Shown piece by piece: positions 10,165 to 19,386 of a stretch of DNA of 64,000 nt. The DNA is from Candidatus Poribacteria bacterium (GTDB taxonomy: Bacteria > Poribacteria > WGA-4E > WGA-3G): assembly GCA_965205015.1 (NCBI GenBank), contig OZ242029.1, forward strand, positions 4,512,001-4,576,000, written 5' to 3'. The notes below the pieces were generated by a model that saw nothing but the letters and a program-made list of their open reading frames with translations, was not told the origin of the DNA and did no database searches. The first letter of the stretch is position 1; every line of letters begins with the position of its first letter. A program made the translations under genes and the position numbers.

Positions 10165-10890
10165 CTACTTCTCAAGGTAGTCGTAGGTCGGTTGTCCCGC
10201 CGTTTTCGCTTCAGATGCTTTCGTCTTGAGATGATACCCTACCTCGTACTCGCGGACGGATATAATTGGATAGGGACCGTCAAATCCTGCGATTATACCT
10301 TTTACCTCGACCGGTTTATTGTTGTTTGCCGTATCTATCCGCAGCTGATCAAACTCAGGATTCGCACTGAAGACAAACTTCTGCTCTTCATGCCCCGCAG
10401 TCATCGCATGATGGATGTTGGAGGTATCCGGTCGCCAACGTCGCCATGCCGGAACGTTTCGGAGGTAGCTTCGGGCGAAGCCGGGATGTGCAAATAGATC
10501 GCCGCGGATGGTAGCCTCGGTCTTAAGAACGCGGGAGTGCCCAATGCCGTGGCGCCCCCGGAAACGCGAATCGTTAAGTTGACGCATGATGTCATAGACG
10601 TCAAACGTATGCGTTTCACTGTATTTAGAGGGACCCTGTCTCGGTTTGACTTCCACCAGCGTCGTAAAAAGCCGTTTTCTACCGTGCTTGTCAACAGGTG
10701 TGCGGAATGTGATGTCCTCTGGATCCGCCCAAGGTTCCAGTAACCGTCGAATTTGCCTTGCATCGGCGCTGCTGACGACATCGGAAATCTCCAACTTTAA
10801 AACAGCCACTTCAGCCATGCTTACCATACTGATTCCAACAAACAGAAGGACCACCACAAAGGTCAGCCAATAGAAATGTGAGCGTTTCAT
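10165..10890 (-). CDS. secreted hypothetical protein
   Basis: Signal peptide, AGGAG RBS, 241 aa ORF. Confidence 0.7.
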   Translation of the reverse strand: MKRSHFYWLTFVVVLLFVGISMVSMAEVAVLKLEISDVVSSADARQIRRLLEPWADPEDITFRTPVDKHGRKRLFTTLVEVKPRQGPSKYSETHTFDVYDIMRQLNDSRFRGRHGIGHSRVLKTEATIRGDLFAHPGFARSYLRNVPAWRRWRPDTSNIHHAMTAGHEEQKFVFSANPEFDQLRIDTANNNKPVEVKGIIAGFDGPYPIISVREYEVGYHLKTKASEAKTAGQPTYDYLEK

Positions 10891-10930
10891 TCCGTTTCTC
10901 CTTATTCGTACGTTTTTCTTTCTTATACCT

Positions 10931-10960
10931 ATTAGACACCATTCAACGCAAAAAGTTTCA
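10931..10960 (-). promoter_or_regulatory. ECF sigma-type promoter
   Basis: Minus strand TGAAAC-16 nt-TGTCTAAT just upstream of the 10890 start. Confidence 0.55.
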
Positions 10961-10981
10961 AAAAAAGTTACGGATGATTTC

Positions 10982-11135
10982 TGTAGGGTCGAGTCGATGG
11001 AACGAACCCCTTGATTTGCGGGTTTAAACGGTTAATGTTAGAAAAAAGTTTACACGCTTATAGAAACACACATTTTAAAACCGATTTCTCAAAAAAGTAA
11101 AAAAATAGAGAAAATCGGAGTCACTCGACGCCACA
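10982..11135. repeat. MITE/REPIN-like element bounded by imperfect inverted repeats
   Basis: TGTAGGGTCGAGT ... ACTCGACGCCACA; internal hairpin CCGATTTCTC...GAGAAAATCGG. Confidence 0.35.
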
Positions 11136-11299
11136 AATATCCTTAGCACGATAATCCCACCACACAGATACACGAAATTCCTTGAAAAATTAACGGCACC
11201 TATGTTAGGATTTTAAAATGGAGGCGTCGCTTTTCGCGCGCTCTTAAGAACCATAGATTGCGCGCTTACGCAGCGCACAGTAAAATGAGGAGATACATA

Positions 11300-12232
11300 A
11301 TGATGAAGAAGATGTTTTGGGCAATAGCACTATCGGTTTTATGTGTTACCATCAGTTACGGGCAATATAATGGAGAATGTTGGGTCGTCAGCAAAGGAGA
11401 TACAGTTTATAAATTATATGCCGATGGAAACGCTGATCCACAGGTTATTCCGAATTTACCACAAGCAACTGCCGCCGAGGTGAATCCAGCAGATGGCGTT
11501 GTTTGGATTGCGGTTTCAGCGGCAAACACCGTCTATCGTTATAATCCAAATACTGGCGATTTTAAAGAGATTCCCGATATTAACCGTCCGAACCAGATCG
11601 CCATTAACCCCGCCGATGGTTCAGCATGGATCGCAGGGCTGGATGCTGTTAAAAAAGTATCCGGTGATGGTGCCCAAGTTGTCGCGACAATAGCCGCCCA
11701 TGAACCCGCAGTGGCAGTTAATCCTACGGACGGTTCGGCATGGATAACAAACGCACGAGGACCTATCGCACGCTATGATGCCGCAGGAAACAAAGTTGCA
11801 GACGCACCACCGATGGGTGAGCCTAAAGGTGTAACCGTTGACTACGAGGGAAACGCTTGGATCGCTGATAGTCAACATAGTGTTCTGATGCGGGTTTCAG
11901 CGAGCGGACAGAAACTGGTGGAAATTACCGATATTCCGAACCCTACGTCCCCGCGCGTCAATGTGGCTGATGGAAGTGTCTGGGTCGTTTCACAACAGTC
12001 AATGTTAATGAACTTGGGACCAGATGGCGGCAAAAGAGCTGAATTTCTTGCGGGAATGGCAATCGTGGCGATCAGTGTTTCACCTACAGATGGTGGTATT
12101 TGGATAGCGGACCTACTCGGAGAAACATTCCAAGGCGAAATTAGCAAATGGACATCCAGCGGACAGGCGTTGTTCAAAAATCCGATTCCGCAACCCTCCT
12201 CGGTCTCCGTCGGGCACTGGGCAGGAAACTAA
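11300..12232 (+). CDS. secreted beta-propeller (NHL/YVTN/Vgb-like) protein
   Basis: Signal peptide; repeated VNPxDGSxWI blades. Confidence 0.8.
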   Translation: MMKKMFWAIALSVLCVTISYGQYNGECWVVSKGDTVYKLYADGNADPQVIPNLPQATAAEVNPADGVVWIAVSAANTVYRYNPNTGDFKEIPDINRPNQIAINPADGSAWIAGLDAVKKVSGDGAQVVATIAAHEPAVAVNPTDGSAWITNARGPIARYDAAGNKVADAPPMGEPKGVTVDYEGNAWIADSQHSVLMRVSASGQKLVEITDIPNPTSPRVNVADGSVWVVSQQSMLMNLGPDGGKRAEFLAGMAIVAISVSPTDGGIWIADLLGETFQGEISKWTSSGQALFKNPIPQPSSVSVGHWAGN

Positions 12233-12347
12233 TATAGGATCGGTAGGAATTGCGTTGCCACGTTCGGCTGGTTGAGCGATAAATCAAAATCTGGTTGTGG
12301 CACTCGTCGGAATCATAACAATTTCCTTGATAGATGTGAGGTACATC

Positions 12348-14783
12348 ATGATTAGGTATCTTCGTTTGACGCAGCACGTCAGTTTCCGAAATCTACTGTT
12401 AAGATTGGCAATCGGAATATGTGTTATTGCCTCCCTTAGCACGAGTGGATTCGCGCAACTACCAGACTTCCGTGTTGATGCTGATAGTATCTCCTTTTCC
12501 AATCCAACCCCCGTTGAAGGAGAAGAGATTACTATCTCAGTTGAGGTGAAGAATGTAGGGGACGGAACACAAACGATGAACCAGGATCTGGTTGTTGACC
12601 TTTACGAGGCGGATCCGGCAACGCAACCGCTTCAAATACTCTGTAAGGATGTCATCTTGGAGTTAAAGCCGGGGCAGAGCAAGCGCGTAAAAACACAGTG
12701 GCAACCGCCGCCCGGTAAGACCGAAATCTATGCCGTCATCAACCCGACCGGTGCAAAACACATTGAAGAAACAGACACAGGAAATAACCTCACGCATGCG
12801 GCAATCATTGCTGCGTCGCGCACGTTCCCACCCGTCACCCCTGAACAGATCCAGAACGCGATAACGAAAGGTATTGCTTGGATAGAAGCACAACAAGGCA
12901 GGCATAGCCGAACCTGTTTGCAGTGTGGAACTGAAAACCAACTTATCTTAATCTGTATCAACTGCGGAGCGAGCCTAAAAGGTCTCGCTGAAAACTTTAT
13001 CCCCGGCAAATCTTGGAATTTTGGCGAGGATCAGACACAAGAAACAGCGTTAGCACTACAAACGTTATTCGCAACAGGACATACAACTTCGCATCCACCC
13101 GTCCAAAAAGGCTTAGAATTCCTCTTAGAGCAGAACTGGAACGAATTCGCTGTTTACCAGTCCGCGGTGGTTATTCCGGCTTTAGTTGCGACACAAGATG
13201 TCGCTTACAGAGAGCGTGTTCAGTTTGCTGTGAATCAGTTAGTCAAAAAGCAGCTGCCCGTCAGCGGCAGTGAGTTCACAGACGATCGCGACGATGGCGG
13301 TTGGGGATACGGTTATAGTGCCGATGGCGCGCACATGAATATGGTTATCTATGCCCTCTATGCTGCAAAGCAGTGGGGGATTGATATTCCTCCTGACACT
13401 TGGGTACGTGCCCAACAATGGATTCGGCGGAACCAAACTGAAACGGGTGGATGGCTCTACAATTTGGTTGATGACGGTTCCCCGTGGGCAATAGGTGTCT
13501 ATGGAAGTATGACTGCAACGGGACTGTGGGCACTGCGGGCGTGTGGTGTTCCTGTTGATGATCCGCAGATTCAGAAAGGTATTGCGTGGCTTAAAAAGCA
13601 TTGGTCCTTAACCCGTAACCCCGGTTCTAACTCATGGCTTTATTACTATTTACTTTCACTGCAACGGTTCTGCGATATTCCCCCAACTTTAGACACACTC
13701 GCGGGTTACAACTGGTACGATGAAATCTCACGGATGATGGTTGCCCAACAGGAATCTGATGGGAGATGGCGCGGATCTGAGAGCGATTTTTTGTCGACCT
13801 GCTTCACGGTGATGACCTTGAGTCATGCCCTGGTAGGTCCAACAGAACCGAACATCGGGATTGTTCCACGAAGCCTCCGATTTTCACCGCCTACGCCACG
13901 CGTCGGCGAAGCCGTCCGACTGAGTGCTACCCTTCAGAATACCGGGACCCCTCTTGACGATATTCTTAACGTTGAGTTTTATGTTGATGGTGAAAAGGTT
14001 ACTAACACCGAAGTCCTTTGGACTTCTAAACTCACTGAGACCGTCATTTCTACCGATTGGGTGCCGGCAACAGAAGGGCAGATAGAGTTTGTGGCACGTA
14101 TCGCCTTCTCGGATGCAGACAACAATGATAATAGTGCTTCGGAAAAACTCACTGTGTTTCCACAATCCACTGCAGCTGCAGATGTTCAATTGGCAAAACC
14201 GAAGCGAATTAGCGAAAATATTTATCAACTCGGCAATGTTGTTTTCGATACCAGCAAACGTGAAGTAACGGTGCCGGGTGAAATTAACATTGTCAGTGGA
14301 GATGCGTATATTGAATTCTTTGCCTGCGGCAAACTTGGCAAAACACACGAGAGCATTTTAATTGTTGATGCAGAGCCGATTTATCTACTTACGGTACTCG
14401 GTGCCTTGGATTTTAAGCCCGGTATGGATCTCACTGTCGAAGGGGATCCTCGAACGCCTACAGGAGCACCTGTTGACATCTGGGTGGAATGGAATCAAGG
14501 TGAGGAAATTGTCTCGCGCCGCGCGAGAGAGTTAGTATGGAATGCTTTTACGGAGCAGCCAATGCGGGAAACACCATGGGTCTTTACAGGTGGACGGCTT
14601 AAAAATAATCAATTCACTGTCCAGCTCTTTCACAACATTATCGCCGTTTACCGCGACCCAGATTCACTTTTCAACCACCCCTTACCTACTGGCACAGATG
14701 ATCGGACGTATCGTGTGAATACCGATGTCATCCCACCTAAAGGCACAAAGATAAAACTTATCATCCGTCCTACCACAGCTTAA
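12348..14783 (+). CDS. secreted multidomain protein: CARDB + prenyltransferase/squalene-cyclase-like barrel + CARDB + YdjY-like domain
   Basis: IxVxVKNxG...ExDxxNN CARDB repeats; QW-type motifs DGGWGY, QTETGGWLY, GSMTATG, QESDGRW; C-terminal EFFACG..KTHES...WVFTGG. Confidence 0.7.
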   Translation: MIRYLRLTQHVSFRNLLLRLAIGICVIASLSTSGFAQLPDFRVDADSISFSNPTPVEGEEITISVEVKNVGDGTQTMNQDLVVDLYEADPATQPLQILCKDVILELKPGQSKRVKTQWQPPPGKTEIYAVINPTGAKHIEETDTGNNLTHAAIIAASRTFPPVTPEQIQNAITKGIAWIEAQQGRHSRTCLQCGTENQLILICINCGASLKGLAENFIPGKSWNFGEDQTQETALALQTLFATGHTTSHPPVQKGLEFLLEQNWNEFAVYQSAVVIPALVATQDVAYRERVQFAVNQLVKKQLPVSGSEFTDDRDDGGWGYGYSADGAHMNMVIYALYAAKQWGIDIPPDTWVRAQQWIRRNQTETGGWLYNLVDDGSPWAIGVYGSMTATGLWALRACGVPVDDPQIQKGIAWLKKHWSLTRNPGSNSWLYYYLLSLQRFCDIPPTLDTLAGYNWYDEISRMMVAQQESDGRWRGSESDFLSTCFTVMTLSHALVGPTEPNIGIVPRSLRFSPPTPRVGEAVRLSATLQNTGTPLDDILNVEFYVDGEKVTNTEVLWTSKLTETVISTDWVPATEGQIEFVARIAFSDADNNDNSASEKLTVFPQSTAAADVQLAKPKRISENIYQLGNVVFDTSKREVTVPGEINIVSGDAYIEFFACGKLGKTHESILIVDAEPIYLLTVLGALDFKPGMDLTVEGDPRTPTGAPVDIWVEWNQGEEIVSRRARELVWNAFTEQPMRETPWVFTGGRLKNNQFTVQLFHNIIAVYRDPDSLFNHPLPTGTDDRTYRVNTDVIPPKGTKIKLIIRPTTA

Positions 14784-14793
14784 AGGAAAAACG

Positions 14794-15035
14794 ATGCCAA
14801 TTTTTGAATATCGCTGCAAGGTCCGATAGCATAGGTCAGCATTGTATTTTCCTTAGCATTACAGTCCAATAGACTCGGAAGTGATAGCGCTCTCCATAAG
14901 CGGGGGACACGCTCTATATACAATGCAATTCTACGTATACCACAAACCTCCGTTTGTGTAGAAATCAAGCCATTTATAAAATATAAGGAGCATGGCGGTC
15001 CTCCCAAAGCGATGGGATGGATGCTAAAAGATTCT
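14794..15035 (+). pseudogene. degenerate FmdB-family zinc-ribbon gene
   Basis: AAGGA RBS then MPIFEYRCKVR* (stop at 14827-14829); downstream PKAMGWMLK resembles the C-terminus of longer FmdB-family proteins. The end coordinate is approximate. Confidence 0.6.
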
Positions 15036-16430
15036 ATGAGGCAGAAACCTACAAAGCCCGCACCAAACATCCTTCGCGAGATTCAAGCGAACAAAGTCTT
15101 ACCGGTATACCTACTCTGTGGCGAGGAAAGTTTCCTCATTGAAGGGACCCTCAAACAGATGCTCGATCACCTACTTCTCCCTGAAATACGCGATTTTAAC
15201 CTCACCTTTCTCGATGGCAGCGATATAACAATTCGAGAAATTCTCAGTCAAGTTGACCTCTACCCAGTCATGTCCAAATGGCGAGTTGTTGTTGTCCGCG
15301 ATGCCCCCTTTTTCAAACCCCAACAACGTACAACACCGATAACGCTCCTCCGAAATGCGTTCAAAATTGAAATTACGGACCCGCAAAAATCTATCTCTAC
15401 AATGGCAAAACTCTTAGAGGTGGATTCCCAACAAATCGCCGAACAGCATTTTGACTTCACAAATGCCGTTGAAGCGCTCATCAATGAGTTAGGGACAAAA
15501 TTAACCGACGAAGAGCGCAGTTTCTTGGAACGTTTGCCGGAAATCGCCCAACAACTGGATATCCATACGACTGAAGCCGGTGCCGCTGATGACATTGACT
15601 TACTTCTTGAATGGCTCCAAGCTGATCTCCCCAAAAACAGCGTTCTGATATTTATAGTGCGCGGACCCGTGAACGCGCGTAACAGGGTCGTTAAAGCGAT
15701 TGAAAGTGTGGGACGCTATATCTCGTTTGACCCAGCGAAAGCCAATCCATCACTGAAGGAAGACCCGTTGTATAAAAAAGTCTCAGAAAAGTTCAATGAA
15801 TTCAATAAACAGATAACACCCCGTGCTTTCACGCAACTCAGGACTCGCACCGGTGGCGATATGCACACAATTGCCGAAGCGATCAACAAGATTATCGATT
15901 TCGTAGGAGACAAGCGTCAAATTGACGAGCATGATATCCAGAATATTGTGACACAGAACACATTTGACAACATTTTTGACCTCACCGATGCGATTGGAAG
16001 GCGTTCAACTCGACAGGCACTGAAAAGTCTCTACGAGGTGTTAGCAAGTGGTCAAGAACCCATCGTGATTAATTCGACGATCACACGTCAATTTCGATTT
16101 GCCCTCCAAGCCAAGCTTATCACAGACAGGAAGGGACTGCGATCATTCCGGAGTCGGATGCCGTTCTCGGAGTTTACACAGAATATTTTTAAATCTCTTG
16201 TTGAAGAAATGGGGAGTTTTTTACCGAAGGCAGCTACGCATAACCTGCTGAAACAGAATCCTTATGTCGCCTACAAAGTATTTCAGACGCTCCACGCTTT
16301 TACTGCTGAGGAATTAGTCGCCGCGATTGAGAAAACGCTTATCGTGGATACCCAATTAAAAACAAGCCAACAAAATGAAACGAGCATTTTGGAGCAATTG
16401 GTGTGTGAACTTTGTACAACCCCGAGATAG
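15036..16430 (+). CDS. holA: DNA polymerase III delta subunit (with internal insertion)
   Basis: PVYLLCGEESFLI, DFNLTFLDG, YPVMSKWRVVVV, NIFDLTDAI, terminal D.QLK...LEQLV. Confidence 0.82.
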   Translation: MRQKPTKPAPNILREIQANKVLPVYLLCGEESFLIEGTLKQMLDHLLLPEIRDFNLTFLDGSDITIREILSQVDLYPVMSKWRVVVVRDAPFFKPQQRTTPITLLRNAFKIEITDPQKSISTMAKLLEVDSQQIAEQHFDFTNAVEALINELGTKLTDEERSFLERLPEIAQQLDIHTTEAGAADDIDLLLEWLQADLPKNSVLIFIVRGPVNARNRVVKAIESVGRYISFDPAKANPSLKEDPLYKKVSEKFNEFNKQITPRAFTQLRTRTGGDMHTIAEAINKIIDFVGDKRQIDEHDIQNIVTQNTFDNIFDLTDAIGRRSTRQALKSLYEVLASGQEPIVINSTITRQFRFALQAKLITDRKGLRSFRSRMPFSEFTQNIFKSLVEEMGSFLPKAATHNLLKQNPYVAYKVFQTLHAFTAEELVAAIEKTLIVDTQLKTSQQNETSILEQLVCELCTTPR

Positions 16431-16526
16431 CGCAGCTTGTTTTCTACAGAACAAAACTTAGAAACCGATAGAATTTGATGCCGTTTTAAATATTATGTAC
16501 GCATAGAAGCAAGGAGTTTTTTTATT

Positions 16527-17294
16527 GTGAAAGGCACAAGACCTTTAGACAACGTTGAAATCCGTAAGGTATCAGCGGCTTTTGACGGAGCATTCACCAT
16601 TCGGAATAGAAGTCTATTCATGCTGGGTGTCTCCGTCGGTGGACGGATTAGCGAATTGATTGCACTGAAAGTGAACGACGTATGGCAGAACGACAAACCG
16701 GTTTCTGATTTGCTGTTTGATCGGAACATTGTAAAGGGCGGTGAGGTATCGAGAGCAGTGCCTGTGAACATAGACGGCAGGCAGGCAATTGAAGACCTTG
16801 TCGCTTGGCATCTTAAACTCTATGGGAATGCTGATCCAATCCGTCCACTCTTCCCTTCCCGGAAAGGACAAGGTTTGAAAGCGATGACGAGAATAGCGGC
16901 GCACGATGCGCTAAAGGGCGCGTTTGAAACGGCGGGCTTAAATGGAAAACTTGGCACGCATTCTCTACGGAAGTCTTACGCGCAACGTCTTTATGAACAG
17001 ACGAACGATATTTATGCCGTACAAGAAATGTTAGGGCATAAAAGCGTCGTAACAACACAGCGATATTTAGGTGTAAACTATGCAAGCGTTCGGGATGCAT
17101 CGGAAGCAATGTCCATTCATTCCGAATCTAACAGAAGTGTGCAAACGTTAGGTTCGGTAAATGAAGCCTCGGATGACGTGCTTTTAATCGAATTGCTCCG
17201 CAGAGGATTTGATGTCGCTCGACTACTTGAAAAGAGTGAAACAGAGCAACCTTTTTCACTTCCAGATGAAGAGACAGCAGCAAAATTCGTTTAA
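16527..17294 (+). CDS. tyrosine recombinase/integrase
   Basis: Catalytic residues GGRISE (R), K, HSLRKS (HxxR), LGHKS (H), TQRY (Y). Confidence 0.9.
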   Translation: MKGTRPLDNVEIRKVSAAFDGAFTIRNRSLFMLGVSVGGRISELIALKVNDVWQNDKPVSDLLFDRNIVKGGEVSRAVPVNIDGRQAIEDLVAWHLKLYGNADPIRPLFPSRKGQGLKAMTRIAAHDALKGAFETAGLNGKLGTHSLRKSYAQRLYEQTNDIYAVQEMLGHKSVVTTQRYLGVNYASVRDASEAMSIHSESNRSVQTLGSVNEASDDVLLIELLRRGFDVARLLEKSETEQPFSLPDEETAAKFV

Positions 17295-17383
17295 ATAAAT
17301 TGATTAACCGTTTTTTTTTACTATCCTTTCCAGTTTTGCAGACTCTATCCTGTAACACAACATAAAAATGGGAGGAATTTGAA

Positions 17384-17608
17384 ATGGAATCAGTACTCAT
17401 CATTGTGCTGGGTATTACGGTTACAACGCTTGGATGTGTGGCGATGGGCATATCCTACTCTAAAAAAGTAAACGGTTTGGAGAAGGGAGCATCGCAAAGT
17501 GATATAGAGGCACTGCAGCAGCACGTAAACCATATTCAAGAAGAAATGGTTGCCCTGAAGAAGGAAGTAAAACGGCTCATCAAGATTGCTAAAGGTGTTG
17601 ATGAGTAA
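17384..17608 (+). CDS. small membrane protein with coiled coil
   Basis: GGAGG RBS; N-terminal TM helix followed by a heptad region. Confidence 0.7.
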   Translation: MESVLIIVLGITVTTLGCVAMGISYSKKVNGLEKGASQSDIEALQQHVNHIQEEMVALKKEVKRLIKIAKGVDE

Positions 17609-17621
17609 AGGAGGGAAAAAC

Positions 17622-17951
17622 ATGCCGTTACTGCTACTGCTTTTAATAGGGGTCGGACTCTTCTTGATCGTCAAATATATAACTGTGATTGCCACTGTGA
17701 CGGCAATTATTATCAGCGGGATAACAGTTATTACACTTGCATGTGTTTGGATGGGAACCTCGTATTCCCTACAACAGTCAGGCTACCATCCCCGCAATGC
17801 AAAGCAAGCCTACCAACAAGTTGAATCAGATTTGAAACAGATCGCAGGAGATTTAACCGAGATTCGCTTGCAATTAGATGATGCTGCACCGTACTTGCGC
17901 GATATGGAATTTTTGAGGTACGCCCGCGAGAATCGGAAAAAAGAGAATTAG
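17622..17951 (+). CDS. small membrane protein with coiled coil (paralog of the preceding gene)
   Basis: GGAGG RBS; GITVITLACVWMGTSYS vs GITVTTLGCVAMGISYS. Confidence 0.7.
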   Translation: MPLLLLLLIGVGLFLIVKYITVIATVTAIIISGITVITLACVWMGTSYSLQQSGYHPRNAKQAYQQVESDLKQIAGDLTEIRLQLDDAAPYLRDMEFLRYARENRKKEN

Positions 17952-17978
17952 CGTCGTAAAGCGAAAAAAGGTGAAAAG

Positions 17979-18006
17979 TAGGCAGGACATGTCTTTGTCC
18001 TGCCTA
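17979..18006. terminator. hairpin (GTAG-REP-like) between convergent genes
   Basis: TAGGCAGGACA-tgtctt-TGTCCTGCCTA, perfect 11 bp stem. Confidence 0.6.
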
Positions 18007-18143
18007 TTGCATGTACGAAAATATTTCTTGAAATAATCTAAGCCGCTACAATGCCCTTATATTTTTCGGGTAGGGTTACCATAGCGGGGTATCTTTTTCA
18101 GGGGGCTTGTAGGGCATTCTCGAAAGGATTTTTTTTAGCTGCC

Positions 18144-19331
18144 CTAAAAAGCCAACCATCGGTGAAAGAGGACGCCTTTCCCTTCAGGTTCCACCACTCG
18201 TAATAAAACTTTCCCATCATTGAGAAAATCTATCGCCATGAAACCGGTATGTTGATGTGCGAATAGCGTATTGTCGCCGGACATCACTTCGGTCACTTTT
18301 CGGCTCGCCGCGGCACCACTCACGAGAAGATAATCGGTAACTTCGCCCTTCAAAACCTGCAGGGAATGTTCATGCCCAGCAGCGTAGATTAAGAGTGGCG
18401 GACCTTGCGGTGGCAATTTTCGTTTGGCAAACGCCCCGTTTAACTGCGCGACCATATTTTTGTTGTGTGTGCCGCTCAGGTCTTGATCAGATCTGTAGAG
18501 GTGCCACCGTGCGTATGGATAGATGGAACCCACTATCGGTATCGGGATCCAGAGCCATTTTTTCATAAATCTGACAGGAAAGAGGTGTGCCTTCCAGTCA
18601 TGGAAACCGCCATGGGGTCCGTAACTTTCCAGTGGATGGTGTCCGACGACGATGACGGGTAATTCCGTATCTAAGAGGGCAACGAGTTCTTCTATCACCT
18701 GTTGAGGTACTTTTTTCGGTTTCTCATGTTGATGGAGCCACCACTGCGTGTCCAGCACAACAAGCCGTACTGCGGGGTCGGTTTTCGGGAGTTCAAGGGA
18801 AACAGGACCGGGTGAGCCACCCGGTGGCAGAAAATTCGATTCACCCGCAAGCGCATCGTTGATAAACTTTTCTTGGGCAAGGACTGCACGAAGTCCCTCT
18901 GCTCGTCCACTCGCCCAATCATGGTTTCCGGGTATAAAGAGTCCGTGGGCACCCGTAGATTTGACCACGGCGAGTTGTGGCATAAGCCGAGCCGATGCTT
19001 CATGCTTCTTCCGCTCCGTCATCCCTTCGGGATACATGTTATCGCCTAAAAAGACAACACTTGTGCGTGCTGGATCCTTTTTTGCCCATTCGTCGAGCGT
19101 TTTCAGGACAGGTTCATCCGGTTCCGGCTCTCCGCCATCCCCCAGTAATAAAAGGCGGTATCGGAGTATGCCTTCCGTTTGACTCTCATGTTTCGCACTA
19201 TCGGGTATATCGGGATGGTAATACGGCTTTGTATGACTACACCCGACAATTGTCAGTTGCACTGCTTGAACAATGCAACAGAGCAGAACAATGTAACGGG
19301 TGAAGTTGGGGCGTTGATAAAATTGTTTCAT
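18144..19331 (-). CDS. calcineurin-like metallophosphoesterase, exported
   Basis: GDGG, LGDNMYP, PGNHDW, GHHP, AGHEH motifs. Confidence 0.88.
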   Translation of the reverse strand: MKQFYQRPNFTRYIVLLCCIVQAVQLTIVGCSHTKPYYHPDIPDSAKHESQTEGILRYRLLLLGDGGEPEPDEPVLKTLDEWAKKDPARTSVVFLGDNMYPEGMTERKKHEASARLMPQLAVVKSTGAHGLFIPGNHDWASGRAEGLRAVLAQEKFINDALAGESNFLPPGGSPGPVSLELPKTDPAVRLVVLDTQWWLHQHEKPKKVPQQVIEELVALLDTELPVIVVGHHPLESYGPHGGFHDWKAHLFPVRFMKKWLWIPIPIVGSIYPYARWHLYRSDQDLSGTHNKNMVAQLNGAFAKRKLPPQGPPLLIYAAGHEHSLQVLKGEVTDYLLVSGAAASRKVTEVMSGDNTLFAHQHTGFMAIDFLNDGKVLLRVVEPEGKGVLFHRWLAF

Positions 19332-19386
19332 CTTCTAATACTCTCATGCTCCCGTTGCTATTGAGACATTCACGCAGAGAATCGCT

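Noticed and set aside
16431-18140. Prophage, integron or att sites around the recombinase
   Set aside because: No tRNA target, convincing direct repeats, attC-like sites or phage genes were found.
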